DNA from: a virus
IMG/VR virus record: IMGVR_UViG_3300025133_000033
Reading direction: 5' to 3' (one strand)
Length of the DNA stretch: 64,000 nt
Part shown: positions 9,196 to 19,642 of the stretch, piece by piece
Layout of the letters: each line of letters starts with the position of its first letter
Numbering within the stretch: position 1 is the first letter of the stretch
Translations under genes and position numbers: made by a program
Notes under the pieces: generated by a model
Seen by the model: only the letters and a program-made list of their open reading frames with translations
Databases searched by the model: none
Told to the model about the DNA's origin: nothing

Positions 9196-9693
9196 TTAAG
9201 ATTTGTACAAGTTTCTAATATCATACTCAGAAGAAACTGGAACTATGGTTCTTTTGATGCCCGCATGAACCAACATTTCTTTTGCAATAGCTAAGTTGTC
9301 ATCCCACTGCTTTCCCTTTCCGGTAAACTTAAAGTCTGTTCCTCGAACCTCGACAATCCCCGCCTGAATCACACCCCTAGTACAATCGGTGCATGGAGTA
9401 GGCTCAAACGGCAAGTACATAATGGAGCCCTCTAGACGAACACCTTTGCGGGCCGCGTTATAGATAGCATTACGCTCCGCATGTTCTGTAATGCTGTATT
9501 TCATAGGGCGAAGGTGATATTCTTTGATCTCGTCATCAAGACCACGCGGAAATCCATTAAAACCAATAGACAATACGGTGTTGTCTGGAGAAACTATAAC
9601 TGCTCCCAGCTTAGTACTCTTATCCTTTGATTTTTTAGAAGCATGTAGGCACATTCCAATAAAAAATTCATCCCATGACAGTTCTTTATTCAT
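9196..9693 (-). CDS. dCMP deaminase
   Basis: HAERNAI and PCTDC zinc motifs; SKDKSTKLGAVIV. Confidence 0.92.
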   Translation of the reverse strand: MNKELSWDEFFIGMCLHASKKSKDKSTKLGAVIVSPDNTVLSIGFNGFPRGLDDEIKEYHLRPMKYSITEHAERNAIYNAARKGVRLEGSIMYLPFEPTPCTDCTRGVIQAGIVEVRGTDFKFTGKGKQWDDNLAIAKEMLVHAGIKRTIVPVSSEYDIRNLYKS

Positions 9694-9932
9694 CCATATT
9701 TCCTTTGATTCTTTCTGACGCACTGACAGTAATTAATAGACTGAATTACAGAGCCTCCACGTCTAATAGTCCCTCCTCCAGTCCCCTGTTGTGAGCGAAC
9801 TACTCCCTTGCCAAAGCACTCCTTGCAGTTGCTCTTAGCATACATTTCTGCTACTTCTTCATCTACTTTAAATCTATAGCGAAAACTCTTTGATTCCTTG
9901 TCATCCATATCTTCCCCAATAAAAAAAGGCAA
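9690..9932 (-). CDS. Small zinc-binding protein
   Basis: CKECFGKG...CQC. Confidence 0.6.
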   Translation of the reverse strand: MPFFIGEDMDDKESKSFRYRFKVDEEVAEMYAKSNCKECFGKGVVRSQQGTGGGTIRRGGSVIQSINYCQCVRKNQRKYG

Positions 9933-9967
9933 AGTACAAAACCCGTTAAGGAATTGTACTCTGCCTT
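9921..9967 (-). terminator. Intrinsic terminator
   Basis: AAGGCAGAGTACAA...TTGTACTTTGCCTT followed by a U-tract. Confidence 0.75.
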
Positions 9968-9986
9968 ATGCAGTTTCTCGATAGGA

Positions 9987-10337
9987 TTATTCGCGACCGT
10001 TTCGACGATCAATCCGGTCAAGGATCTCAACGCATCTTTCCATTGTGTTGGCTAGTAAGGCTTGGGTATGAGCCACTTCGCTAACAGTTTGTAAGATTTC
10101 TTTTTGAGTCTTTGTCCATGATCTAGGAACGTACCAAATAGGAGTCCCATCGCCGTCTACCTTGTCATGCATTTCATACAACCTATTCAAATACGATAAA
10201 GCCCTGTCTTTCTCTTCTTCTTGCCACCCATCACTAGGGAATAGCTTTTTAATGAAAGAGCTAACTACAAGGTCTAGTATCTTAACCAGGGCTATTGAAA
10301 TAGCAACTATCCCTCCAATTATTGCAGGATCACTCAT
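9987..10337 (-). CDS. Membrane protein with N-terminal TM
   Basis: AIIGGIVAISIALVKIL. Confidence 0.7.
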   Translation of the reverse strand: MSDPAIIGGIVAISIALVKILDLVVSSFIKKLFPSDGWQEEEKDRALSYLNRLYEMHDKVDGDGTPIWYVPRSWTKTQKEILQTVSEVAHTQALLANTMERCVEILDRIDRRNGRE

Positions 10338-10369
10338 GATGATTTCCTCAAAGGAGTTAAAGGGCTAGC

Positions 10370-10963
10370 TTAAAATAGGGTCTTGGCTGCGTAGTCATCC
10401 TGTACTGGAGTTGGACTACCATCACGATAAACGAATTCACCAGGAATAGCAGCAGTTGGGTGAGCTGCATCATCAGTGGTGTTGGTTCTGGCATCATCAC
10501 CTTGATCGGCATCAGTTGCTTGATCCCAAATACCAGAGTTCGCAGTTTCAGGAAAGCCAGCTTCCCATACTCCAGAGAAATGATTCCAGTGATTTTCACG
10601 GATACCTCTCTTGTAGTATACGACAGCATTCTTGAATACAGTATGGATAGATTGACCATTCGCAGAGTTAGAAGCACCGGCCAAGAGAACATTGTTCGCA
10701 ACATTAGCGATATCGGTTGTCACCCGACGGATAACTTGGTCACCACCATTGAAAGGACCAGCACTCAAAATGCCACTTAATCCATCAACACCAGATACGA
10801 GGGTTGTTACGCGGTTTGGCCCACCCAATGCTGTTGCATTGAAGAAGGTTGAGTCTGCAACATTGCCACCATATCGAATGGTTCCAATGTCGTTGTCTCC
10901 AGATGTAGGCAGACCATTGGTTATTCCGTGGTCTATACCTAGCGAGATATTAAAATCAGTCAT
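10370..10963 (-). CDS. Probable virion structural protein
   Basis: G/A/T/D-rich 197 aa; ends PGEFVYRDGSPTPVQDDY; downstream of a GGTGTA motif. Confidence 0.55.
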   Translation of the reverse strand: MTDFNISLGIDHGITNGLPTSGDNDIGTIRYGGNVADSTFFNATALGGPNRVTTLVSGVDGLSGILSAGPFNGGDQVIRRVTTDIANVANNVLLAGASNSANGQSIHTVFKNAVVYYKRGIRENHWNHFSGVWEAGFPETANSGIWDQATDADQGDDARTNTTDDAAHPTAAIPGEFVYRDGSPTPVQDDYAAKTLF

Positions 10964-11008
10964 AATATTACTCCGACTTTTAGTCGTAGTGTCCCTTTAA
11001 TTCCAACA

Positions 11009-11653
11009 TTACAAGTCCTGTTCCTGCTTATATTTACACCAAAGGGATAGATTATACAGTCTAGCACCAAATAACTTAGATTTTTTAATTATTTCCATGT
11101 GTTCGGGGGTCCACATATACCCATTAAAGATGACGGAAAGGCTAGTTTGTTTCTCTACCATCTTTGCATTAAGTAGGTTATCAAAAAAATCGTCATGATG
11201 ATATCCAAGAGTAGGAAAGACTATCTCTACCCCTAGTTTCTCCAATTGACGAGAGAATGTGATGATATTACTGATATGATGATAGTCTAAAAATACCCTT
11301 AGAGTGGCCCCATAGTCCTTGCACATTGCCAGAGCAGTCTTAACCTCTTCGCTTACCTCAGTGAACTTATTGCGAACGAAATATTGGTTGGGTACGTAGT
11401 CAATGGCTGTGACGTTCGATTTAAGAGCAGTGAGCACAGCATGACTACGGGTCTTGGGGGAGCTATAGCCAGAAGGATAGTCTATGGCCGTAGCTAGGAC
11501 CGTTCCTGCTGGCATATATTCTTTCACTTCGCGAATCAGATGGATAGGTAGGGCTAAGCCCCCTAACCCTTTATCAACGGCCCCAAAGATATGGGTAAGC
11601 TCTTTGCCGTAATCATCTATATATTTATTGTAGTTGCAGTATTCAAAGTACAT
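11009..11653 (-). CDS. Divergent DeoC-like TIM-barrel protein
   Basis: ATAIDYPSG and AIDYV resemble DeoC VIGFPLG and EIDMV; no KTSTG motif. Confidence 0.55.
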   Translation of the reverse strand: MYFEYCNYNKYIDDYGKELTHIFGAVDKGLGGLALPIHLIREVKEYMPAGTVLATAIDYPSGYSSPKTRSHAVLTALKSNVTAIDYVPNQYFVRNKFTEVSEEVKTALAMCKDYGATLRVFLDYHHISNIITFSRQLEKLGVEIVFPTLGYHHDDFFDNLLNAKMVEKQTSLSVIFNGYMWTPEHMEIIKKSKLFGARLYNLSLWCKYKQEQDL

Positions 11654-12326
11654 GGCTTTTGATTGCTTCTAAGGACTCGTAGTTTTCTGTGCCCCATATG
11701 GCATCAGCAAAACCGTGACTTACAGCGTCCCCGGACGATAGCCACCAATCCTGTTTCTTCTCAAGCTTCTTAGCGATGTGGTTTTTGATTTGTCTTTCGC
11801 TCATTTCCTTATAGACAGCCCCATTTGCACATGCTCCCGCATATATGTTCATCATCTCTTTGCCTGTGATATCTTCCCAGTTTGCCCATGCCTTTGCCAT
11901 TCTGATAGAGAAGTCGGATTGAACATCTGTTGTCCCATCATGGATTAGCCACCAACAATTAGGCATATTTATGCGAAGGTCTGCTGCCTGGGGGATTATG
12001 CTGCCCATAGAAGCAGCTATACCATGCATAATTATAACTACTGGACAAGTGCATGTAGCAATAGCATCAAAGATCATCATACCCTCTGTCCACTCACCAC
12101 CAGTCGAATGCTGATGTACAATGATAGGTTTTTGATCGTCTATACGATCTAGCAAGGTCATATTTTTAACAAAGTTATTAGACATGCGATAATCGACACC
12201 AGGGTCACCATCATTGTCAAAACACGCATGTAAAAAAACTTCTCTTGACTCTAACAGGATATTAAAGCGATGCATCTCATCAACAATATATCCCTTTGAT
12301 ACCCTATCACGATTTTTTAGACTCAT
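11643..12326 (-). CDS. clpP: ClpP-like protease
   Basis: STGG...GMMIFDAI...GIAASMGSIIPQA...LIHD...WLSSGDAVSHGFADAI. Confidence 0.85.
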   Translation of the reverse strand: MSLKNRDRVSKGYIVDEMHRFNILLESREVFLHACFDNDGDPGVDYRMSNNFVKNMTLLDRIDDQKPIIVHQHSTGGEWTEGMMIFDAIATCTCPVVIIMHGIAASMGSIIPQAADLRINMPNCWWLIHDGTTDVQSDFSIRMAKAWANWEDITGKEMMNIYAGACANGAVYKEMSERQIKNHIAKKLEKKQDWWLSSGDAVSHGFADAIWGTENYESLEAIKSHVL

Positions 12327-12810
12327 TTTTTAACGCCTCAAGAAGTGCCTCTTTTACTTTTTCCTTAACCTCATTATCCTGAAACATCTTTCCTACCGCT
12401 ATCCTAAAACGAAGCGGAGTTAGTATATCAACGGATTCTACGCCTAGAACATTTCCAATAACTTCGTAGTAGTGCTCCCATAATTTAAAGTTGGTATGTC
12501 CTACCCAAAACTTAAAGTGCTTGCTTGCAAAAGAATCTTCTGTTAGAGGCAGCACTCCAAAGGGGGTCATCATTGTTTTTATTTGAGGATTAAAAAAAGG
12601 TATATCCTCTTCATCGAAGTCGTCATTATAAGCAACAGGTTCTCCTGCCAGCATTGCATCTGTCTCTTCTTCAATCTCTTGAATCATTTTTTTTGTGTTG
12701 TCAATACCTTCATTGTTATAGGCATCAACCCAATGCTCCCAATAAACATCATTCCCTGATGGGTATGGTACAAGTTCACCATTAACAGTTAACTCATTGT
12801 GCTCGCTCAT
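12307..12810 (-). CDS. Hypothetical phage protein
   Basis: 167 aa ORF within the operon. Confidence 0.7.
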   Translation of the reverse strand: MSEHNELTVNGELVPYPSGNDVYWEHWVDAYNNEGIDNTKKMIQEIEEETDAMLAGEPVAYNDDFDEEDIPFFNPQIKTMMTPFGVLPLTEDSFASKHFKFWVGHTNFKLWEHYYEVIGNVLGVESVDILTPLRFRIAVGKMFQDNEVKEKVKEALLEALKNESKKS

Positions 12811-12819
12811 CTGCTCACC

Positions 12820-13773
12820 TCATACTGCGACTTTGCCAAAGTCTATTTTTGGATGGGGGTCGTAATTATTTAAACTATAATCCTCATGCGTCCAATTAAA
12901 GATATCAAAGCCACCATATGGGATCGTGATAGTCGGTAATCGTCTGGGGTCACGCTCAAGCTGCTGGACTGCACCTTTCATTTTGTCTTCATAGATATGA
13001 CAATCCTCTAAAATACCTACCAACTCTCCCGGTATTAAGCCACTTTCTTTACAAATCAACTCTAAAAGCAGTGCATAGCTGGCAATATTAAACGGTACTC
13101 CTAGCATAAGATCGCAGGATCTTTGCTTCCAACATAAATTTAATACACCATTGATATGAACTAAAGTAAAGGCGTAATGGCAGGGAGGAAGTGCCATCAA
13201 GTGTATTTGGTTAGGATTCCAGGCAGATATGACCATCCTGCGGTCGTCTGGATTAGTTTTTAATGTATTAATTACATTTTTTAGTTGGTCACACCCCTTC
13301 TCTATTCCGTTTACCGGCCAATCTAGAGAAGCTCTATCCCCAAAGTCTTCTGGTCCTGCGTCCCATTGTACAGGATAATGCTCATCAAAATTACGCCATT
13401 GATAGCCATATATAGGACCGAGATCATTGGCTATCTCCTGTACCATCTCTGTTGAGTAGTCTTCCTTAGTAGGATGAGCCTCCTTTAACTCTGCCTTCAT
13501 ACTCTCTACCGACTTAGGGTTTGCCCACTCGTTCCATATCTTACATCTCCGCTCCTGATACCATCCCTTACTTGTTATACCGTTGAGAAAGCCTTCTAGT
13601 TCGACAGCAATCCCATGCATATATGTTTTTTTGGTTGTTAAAAGTGGAAAACCGTCAGCCATATTATGTCTGAATACTTCACAAAAAGTGGTCTTTGCTC
13701 GCACTCCGGTACGATTCCCTTTCAAGTGTCCGTTCTCCATAACGTTCCGCACTATGTCAAGATACTGCTTCAT
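12820..13773 (-). CDS. thyA: Thymidylate synthase
   Basis: LGPIYGYQWR, MALPPCH, QRSCDLMLGVPFNIASY, DCHIY. Confidence 0.97.
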   Translation of the reverse strand: MKQYLDIVRNVMENGHLKGNRTGVRAKTTFCEVFRHNMADGFPLLTTKKTYMHGIAVELEGFLNGITSKGWYQERRCKIWNEWANPKSVESMKAELKEAHPTKEDYSTEMVQEIANDLGPIYGYQWRNFDEHYPVQWDAGPEDFGDRASLDWPVNGIEKGCDQLKNVINTLKTNPDDRRMVISAWNPNQIHLMALPPCHYAFTLVHINGVLNLCWKQRSCDLMLGVPFNIASYALLLELICKESGLIPGELVGILEDCHIYEDKMKGAVQQLERDPRRLPTITIPYGGFDIFNWTHEDYSLNNYDPHPKIDFGKVAV

Positions 13774-14243
13774 TCTTTTATGTTCCTAAAATCAAAAACT
13801 TGTGAGGGGTCAACTGCCAGCTTCTTTTTACCTTTCTCTGTACCACGAAGCTCCATTAGTCGTATCGCTACCTTCTCCATAAATTGCAATCTATGAATAT
13901 CTTCCTGTGCCCATACACTGAGAGCCTGATATACAAACTCTGCTATCTCTCCAGTCTCTATTCGAAGACAAGTACGAGCCAGTAGATCAGCAGATGTTTC
14001 GGAAGCATCCTCTACCGCTGCTGAGACATATAGCTGCCCATCCTTACAGCTATACTCAATACCTATCTTGCCATCGCACTCCTCGTCTTCTCCCATACGA
14101 GCATTATGACAATCAGTACATCGTGCTGAGGTTCCAGCCCAGTAGACAGGGTCGCAGGACTTACCACAGTCGGCACAATCTACGGAGGCAGGGGGCTTGG
14201 CATTATAATCAAAGATTAGTGATACTAACTTTCGCAAAACCAT
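13770..14243 (-). CDS. Hypothetical zinc-binding protein
   Basis: CADC...CTDC. Confidence 0.6.
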   Translation of the reverse strand: MVLRKLVSLIFDYNAKPPASVDCADCGKSCDPVYWAGTSARCTDCHNARMGEDEECDGKIGIEYSCKDGQLYVSAAVEDASETSADLLARTCLRIETGEIAEFVYQALSVWAQEDIHRLQFMEKVAIRLMELRGTEKGKKKLAVDPSQVFDFRNIKE

Positions 14244-15060
14244 CTTGATCCTTTCCGCTTAAAAATGTCCCAATCTTACGTGCCACCCCTAATCGAAACT
14301 CTTGAGGTACTGAGCTATCGCTATAGTCGGTTGTTATATAAGAGCCATTAGCATAGGCGTTGGCTCCTGGGGTAGGTTCTCCCAAAGGTCTCGTAATGAT
14401 TGTGCCTTTTCGCAACACCTGAACCTTACCGCCCTTCATAACATCTGAGGCAAGAGGGTAGTGAGAATTGGTTAAATCAATGTTTACTACATCGTTTAGA
14501 AGAATACCTGCAACAGGCTCGTCTCCTTGTTGTAGTCTAACGCATTCTACTGGGCACTCAGGATGACTTATCCCATCGTAGGTTACTACAGAGCCTTTCT
14601 CTGCCACCTGATCCATAAAAAAGGATGAGTCCACCTCTCGAATATCTCTCTGTGCCCTTAAGCCTTTCGCCGTACCAGTGTCCCATAGATCAAGAGTTCC
14701 CGAAAGAGGAGAAACTCCATAGTTGTGGGTCGTCATAGGAGAGGGGCTGTCAGGACTATGTATCTCATGGATACAATCATCAAGGCTTTCATAATACTCA
14801 ATTTTAAAATCTTCGCCAAGAGGAAGAAGATTTCCCGACCCACCGTTTATGACCTTATTCTCTAGCCACTTTGGCCACTCTGTTCTAACTCCGTTAACGG
14901 AAGTTGTTTCGTCTGGAAACGTAGTCTTAGTATAGGTGACTGCGGCATCCTTTTCAATCGTCGCCTGCTCTATCGCTTCTACTTTTTTTACTAAAGGTGC
15001 TGCTGCTAGAGCACCAATGCCAAGTCCTAATTTTTTAAAAAAATCTCTGCGTCCTGTCAT
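14209..15060 (-). CDS. Tat-signal protein fused to a head-decoration-like domain
   Basis: GRRDFFKK, h-region and VEA site; C-terminal half has SFFMDQVAEKG, GILLNDVVNIDLT, KGGKVQVLRKG, GTFLSGKDQDGFAKV. Confidence 0.7.
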   Translation of the reverse strand: MTGRRDFFKKLGLGIGALAAAPLVKKVEAIEQATIEKDAAVTYTKTTFPDETTSVNGVRTEWPKWLENKVINGGSGNLLPLGEDFKIEYYESLDDCIHEIHSPDSPSPMTTHNYGVSPLSGTLDLWDTGTAKGLRAQRDIREVDSSFFMDQVAEKGSVVTYDGISHPECPVECVRLQQGDEPVAGILLNDVVNIDLTNSHYPLASDVMKGGKVQVLRKGTIITRPLGEPTPGANAYANGSYITTDYSDSSVPQEFRLGVARKIGTFLSGKDQDGFAKVSITNL

Positions 15061-16142
15061 TTCATAATCCCCATTTTATTTACTGTTGAATTGAATAGAT
15101 CTATATCTACATCTGCATATGTTAGTGGTCTACGCTGACTAACATCAGACGATAATGCCGCAGCAATAAACCCTGCGGCTGTAGCCTTTTGCATAGCACT
15201 ATACCCATCTGTTTCAAAGTCAGCATGGATAGCGTGAGAGACGCGATACTCGAAACGATCTGAGTATCCCCATACATCTAAAATAACAATATCTTTTTCT
15301 CTATGAGGGGCAAACAATTCTGATAATCCCTTTGGAGAGAATCCTTTGGTATGAATAAAGTAGTGGACAAGATCTCTATGTCCTTGGTATCTTAGTGTCT
15401 TGTATGAGCAATGCTTAACCCCTCTGTCTTTCATTAACTGGAGAGTATGCGATGCTCCACCGCTAGTAAAAAAGGCTTCAAGCGGGGTATGACACCCCTG
15501 CCAATTGAGAACCCCCTGAGTTTTTACATCCTCTAGCCCCAACATTCCCGGCACTGTAGTAATCTTTCCGCCCTCTAGCACTTCACAGTCGTCTGCATAC
15601 TCGTTGTACAATCCATCAGCAGACCATGTTTTTGCATACCCGAACGGATCTTCGTGCTTTGGTAGCTGCTGTGCTGAAAGACCTCCGCAACGCATTCTTA
15701 TTTCTTCTACTGCACCTGTACGAGACAGCTCTCTATAGGCTTCCTCTGCCATTATATTTACCCATCCCGGTGCAAGCCCTAGATCAGTGAATACTGTAGC
15801 ATTTTTATATCTCTCGTTGATTTTGCGGCTGATAGGTACTGACCCACCAAGATCAAAATACGGAACGTCTGCCGCTACCGCTAGGCTTGCAACCTTGGGA
15901 TTATAGAAGTAGGGCAGGGCCGAGAATACAAGGTCAAAATCTTTTCCATATATAGGACTTGTCTCATGACTATATGATTGATTAACATCAATACTATGAT
16001 ATTCATCACACTGTAAACCTCTAGGGCATTCCTCTTCTCTATCAAACGCTACTATAGAAATAGGTTCTGAGAAGTAGACCGTTTTCAGTAGGTGGATGAT
16101 GGCCTTTCCCATTCCACCTGTTCCGAATATAGCTATCTTCAT
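15057..16142 (-). CDS. Saccharopine dehydrogenase / lysine 6-dehydrogenase family protein
   Basis: GTGGMG Rossmann motif, SALPY, YFDLGG, GLAPG, WSADGLYNEY, KTLRY. Confidence 0.85.
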   Translation of the reverse strand: MKIAIFGTGGMGKAIIHLLKTVYFSEPISIVAFDREEECPRGLQCDEYHSIDVNQSYSHETSPIYGKDFDLVFSALPYFYNPKVASLAVAADVPYFDLGGSVPISRKINERYKNATVFTDLGLAPGWVNIMAEEAYRELSRTGAVEEIRMRCGGLSAQQLPKHEDPFGYAKTWSADGLYNEYADDCEVLEGGKITTVPGMLGLEDVKTQGVLNWQGCHTPLEAFFTSGGASHTLQLMKDRGVKHCSYKTLRYQGHRDLVHYFIHTKGFSPKGLSELFAPHREKDIVILDVWGYSDRFEYRVSHAIHADFETDGYSAMQKATAAGFIAAALSSDVSQRRPLTYADVDIDLFNSTVNKMGIMK

Positions 16143-16172
16143 AACTCGCGTGCCTCCAAATGAGCCTGACTA

Positions 16173-17342
16173 CTAGATTGTTTGATCATAATGTGTTCGT
16201 GCTACGCGAACGAAATCTGCACACTTGCTCATATCTTTAATTGATGTTGAACCAATATACGAACAGCAGCTACGTATACCTCCTACTATATCTCTTAATA
16301 CGTGTTCTGCTGATCCCTTATAATCAATATATTTTACTCGACCTTCGCTGGTCTTATAGTTTTTCATTTCACCACAGTGTTTGTCTTGTGCGTGCTCTGA
16401 TGACATTCCATAGAATTCAAGCTGTGCTTTTACTAGACTTTCCGAGCTTATGATACTCTCCCTCTCTAGTTCTTCTAGAAGAGAAAGGTCTTTTAGGGTG
16501 TTTTTGGGGAAGGTAGGATCACGATATAACCATTTACCCTCACACTCGTCTGTACCAGCCAACATGCCCCCAAGCATCACAAAATCTGCGTTCGCCGCGA
16601 AAGCCTTACAAACATCTCCAGGCGTGCGACAACCACCGTCAGCACAGATCAGTCCTAGCCGTTTCTCGTAGCTCTTGAGGCCGTGGGCAGCATGAGAACA
16701 CTCTGCTATGGCCGAGAGCTGAGGATAGCCCACTCCTGTCTTGAGGCGTGTCGTACAGGCTGAGCCAGGACCGATGCCAACCTTGACAATATCCACTCCT
16801 CCATGCAAGATTAGCTCTTGAACCATCTCAGGAGTACAGACGTTGCCAGCCATAATAATAGGGTACTCATCATTGGTGGCATAGTGTTCTCTAATCTTAG
16901 AGCAATGCTTAACAAAATCGTCTGTGTATCCATTAGCTACATCAATACATATATTAGGAACGCCTTCTATCTCAGTGACTAGTGCGTCCAGTCTATCAAA
17001 ATCATGGTCTTTGATGCCTATACTAACCCAGGCGTGAGCCATTAGCCAGCTCTTTTCTGCTTCGTGAACATCGTTAAAGAACTCTGCTAATTCGGGATAG
17101 GTATAATGCTTATGAAGACACGTAATCATGTCATGAGCCCATAAACGATCAGCCATATCTATAGTTCCTGTAGTATCCATGTTAGCAGCCATGATAGGCG
17201 TGCCACTCCAGGTTCTATTCGAGTGATAAAACTGAAAGTCTCTCTCGACAGATACGCTCTTGCGAGATGCTGCCCTAGTACGCTTAGGGACCAAGAGAAC
17301 ATCATCAAAGTCAAGCTTCAGATCATTCTTTATTAGCGACAT
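16173..17342 (-). CDS. guaC: GMP reductase
   Basis: [44 protein letters not shown]. Confidence 0.95.
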   Translation of the reverse strand: MSLIKNDLKLDFDDVLLVPKRTRAASRKSVSVERDFQFYHSNRTWSGTPIMAANMDTTGTIDMADRLWAHDMITCLHKHYTYPELAEFFNDVHEAEKSWLMAHAWVSIGIKDHDFDRLDALVTEIEGVPNICIDVANGYTDDFVKHCSKIREHYATNDEYPIIMAGNVCTPEMVQELILHGGVDIVKVGIGPGSACTTRLKTGVGYPQLSAIAECSHAAHGLKSYEKRLGLICADGGCRTPGDVCKAFAANADFVMLGGMLAGTDECEGKWLYRDPTFPKNTLKDLSLLEELERESIISSESLVKAQLEFYGMSSEHAQDKHCGEMKNYKTSEGRVKYIDYKGSAEHVLRDIVGGIRSCCSYIGSTSIKDMSKCADFVRVARTHYDQTI

Positions 17343-17556
17343 TACTAGCAAATCCTATCTTGTGTTTTTCAGAACGGGCGTGATCACGAACTTCATACTC
17401 AGCCAACCATTTATCATGTCTAGCATCACCATTCCACCAAACGACATTGTATATAACCCCCGATTCACGAATAGTTATAGCATGAACATGCCCCTTGATG
17501 CTCTTTCCATCAGATTGCCATATCTCTACTTCGGTTCCGATTTTGTATAGAGTCAT
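17323..17556 (-). CDS. Small hypothetical protein
   Basis: 77 aa coupled ORF. Confidence 0.6.
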   Translation of the reverse strand: MTLYKIGTEVEIWQSDGKSIKGHVHAITIRESGVIYNVVWWNGDARHDKWLAEYEVRDHARSEKHKIGFASNVANKE

Positions 17557-18005
17557 TTTCCACTGCTCCCAAACCCAGAGCCTCCACGTTCAGAGGTTGT
17601 TAGTTCTGATACTGCGTGCATTTTAAACTGATAAGTCTCATGGAATAGTATTTGTGCTATTCTATCTCCCTTCTTAATCCTCACTTGAACATTCTCATCT
17701 TGAGGGGTTTCAAAAAGAGGAAGAGGTATAGTAGAGTTGAACAGGCACACCATGATCTCTCCACGGTAGCCCTGATCTATTACTCCTGCCAGTACATCTA
17801 TTCCTTTTTTAACAGCAAGTCCTGATCGAGGCCAGATAAGACCGGCATAGCCCTCTGGTATCTCAATAGAAATTCCTGTCTTAACCGTCTTCCTTTCCCC
17901 TCCATTTATTGTAACGTCTTCGATGGCATACAGATCCCAGCCTGCATCAGATTTATTGGCTTTTGTTGGAACCTTTGCGTCTTCATGTAGAAGTTTGACT
18001 TTCAT
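17553..18005 (-). CDS. dut: Trimeric dUTPase
   Basis: AGWDL, PRSGLA, GVIDQGYRGEI, RIAQ, RGGSGFGSSG. Confidence 0.97.
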   Translation of the reverse strand: MKVKLLHEDAKVPTKANKSDAGWDLYAIEDVTINGGERKTVKTGISIEIPEGYAGLIWPRSGLAVKKGIDVLAGVIDQGYRGEIMVCLFNSTIPLPLFETPQDENVQVRIKKGDRIAQILFHETYQFKMHAVSELTTSERGGSGFGSSGK

Positions 18006-19093
18006 GCAGTAGTTATCTCCAATAATGAGGCGGCTGTTTTTTCCCAAGAGAGTTCTTTTGCTGTTTCGATACCTGCCTCGTTAGGCATCTCACGATCACT
18101 CTGCCATCGCTTATATACTTCTCGTAGACGGTTGATTAACTCATCATAAGCGTCACCTTCTAGTGATGCCCATGTACCATTATCTCCCGTGAACCAGTAC
18201 CCATCAAACATAGGTTCTTCTTCTGTTATTTTAACTAGGTTGCAATTGTCCTTATTGCAGAACTCAGTATGTGCTGAGTAGTCCGTAGCAATAACTTGCT
18301 TGCCCATACTCATAAGCTCTAATATCTCAAGGTTCCAGCCCTCAGCACGAGCAGGGAAGACCCCGCAGTTAATTCTAGCCATAATTCTTGCTAGTTCGTC
18401 CTGGTATTGAACCTTCTCTATCAGCTTGATTCGATAGTCTCCCTTATAAGAAGACTCCCATTGACTCTTCTGATTCTCATTGAGGAATGGATTGTCTGCC
18501 ATCATCCATAATTCTACGTCATGAACGTTCGGAAACGCATCTTTGAAAGCTTTATGTAGAATATCATGGCCCTTACGAACCTCCCACTTGCCGCAATTAA
18601 AAAAGATACACTTATGGGGATCAGTGTTATTAAACGTCTCGTTAAAGATGGTGCGGTCCACGCCCATAGGTACGATATGAGGCTTCTCGTCAGCAGGTTT
18701 GATCTTTAGCTGGTCAATAACAATGGCAGCGGCCCAGAGAGAGGGGACTGCTATTCGATCTGCCGACTTAAGATGAGACTTGCGGCGAGCATCAAACTTA
18801 TTTACTTCAAAGAAAGAAAGATTTGTTAAAGGACCAACCCCAATACGTTCCCCTAGATGGTTCTCATGCCAAATCTTCAAGCATGGAGCAGTAGGATCAA
18901 ACTCATTTTGCTTCATGATATCAATCTGAAACTGATGAGTCTGCTCCTCGTTCATTTTAATAGGAGTGCTTATCTGATTACTGACAGGCCAGAGAGTCAC
19001 ATCATCAGTCTTGTTTAGCTCCTTCCATACATTATAACTTACTACTCCATATCCCAGAGAATTGATGGGGCAAAACAGATTTACTTTCTTCAT
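18002..19093 (-). CDS. Glycosyltransferase (GT4, GT-B fold)
   Basis: GKWEVRKG, EGWNLEILELMSMGK. Confidence 0.88.
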   Translation of the reverse strand: MKKVNLFCPINSLGYGVVSYNVWKELNKTDDVTLWPVSNQISTPIKMNEEQTHQFQIDIMKQNEFDPTAPCLKIWHENHLGERIGVGPLTNLSFFEVNKFDARRKSHLKSADRIAVPSLWAAAIVIDQLKIKPADEKPHIVPMGVDRTIFNETFNNTDPHKCIFFNCGKWEVRKGHDILHKAFKDAFPNVHDVELWMMADNPFLNENQKSQWESSYKGDYRIKLIEKVQYQDELARIMARINCGVFPARAEGWNLEILELMSMGKQVIATDYSAHTEFCNKDNCNLVKITEEEPMFDGYWFTGDNGTWASLEGDAYDELINRLREVYKRWQSDREMPNEAGIETAKELSWEKTAASLLEITTA

Positions 19094-19128
19094 ATTAGAT
19101 CCTTATATATTAGATGGTTACTGCAACT

Positions 19129-19416
19129 CTACTCTTCCTTTTTGCCAGCCTCGTACAGATGATCGAAGAACATCTTAGCACAAGTATTATCAGTCAATAT
19201 TAATCCCATCAAGTCTCCTGTCTTGGCTGCATCATACAGTCGGGGAACATAGAGTGCGGGAAATTTCTGAACTAATCGAAAATTCCAAATATCATCGGCT
19301 GTTAAGAATATAATATCTTTAGCACCGCGACCCTTTGCTGCCTCCTGCTCCCGATTCCAGTCTTGTGCGACAGCTTCGCACATTTCTCTATATGTTATCT
19401 GTTCAGTAGAACCCAT
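19129..19416 (-). CDS. Hypothetical protein
   Basis: 95 aa ORF with RBS. Confidence 0.6.
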   Translation of the reverse strand: MGSTEQITYREMCEAVAQDWNREQEAAKGRGAKDIIFLTADDIWNFRLVQKFPALYVPRLYDAAKTGDLMGLILTDNTCAKMFFDHLYEAGKKEE

Positions 19417-19420
19417 ACCT

Positions 19421-19642
19421 CTATCCTCCCCACGGTAAATGAACAGCAGTCAATACAACCTTTGTCTTTCCCAGGTACTCCAATGTCTGTTCCTGTGAGG
19501 GAAGGGGACTGTCTGCTTTATGCGGATAGTCGTCCACAACCTCCACCTCTCCGCCAGCGTCCTCGATCAACTTCTTAATCGAATCCATCTGTGGCCAGAT
19601 AGTCCCGCCAGGACCACGAACCTCAATATGTATAGGATACAT
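19421..19642 (-). CDS. Hypothetical protein
   Basis: 73 aa ORF with AGGAG RBS. Confidence 0.6.
   Translation of the reverse strand: MYPIHIEVRGPGGTIWPQMDSIKKLIEDAGGEVEVVDDYPHKADSPLPSQEQTLEYLGKTKVVLTAVHLPWGG

Noticed and set aside
6347-13773. Introns or inteins in nrdJ or thyA
   Set aside because: Both ORFs are continuous and of normal length, with no splicing motifs.
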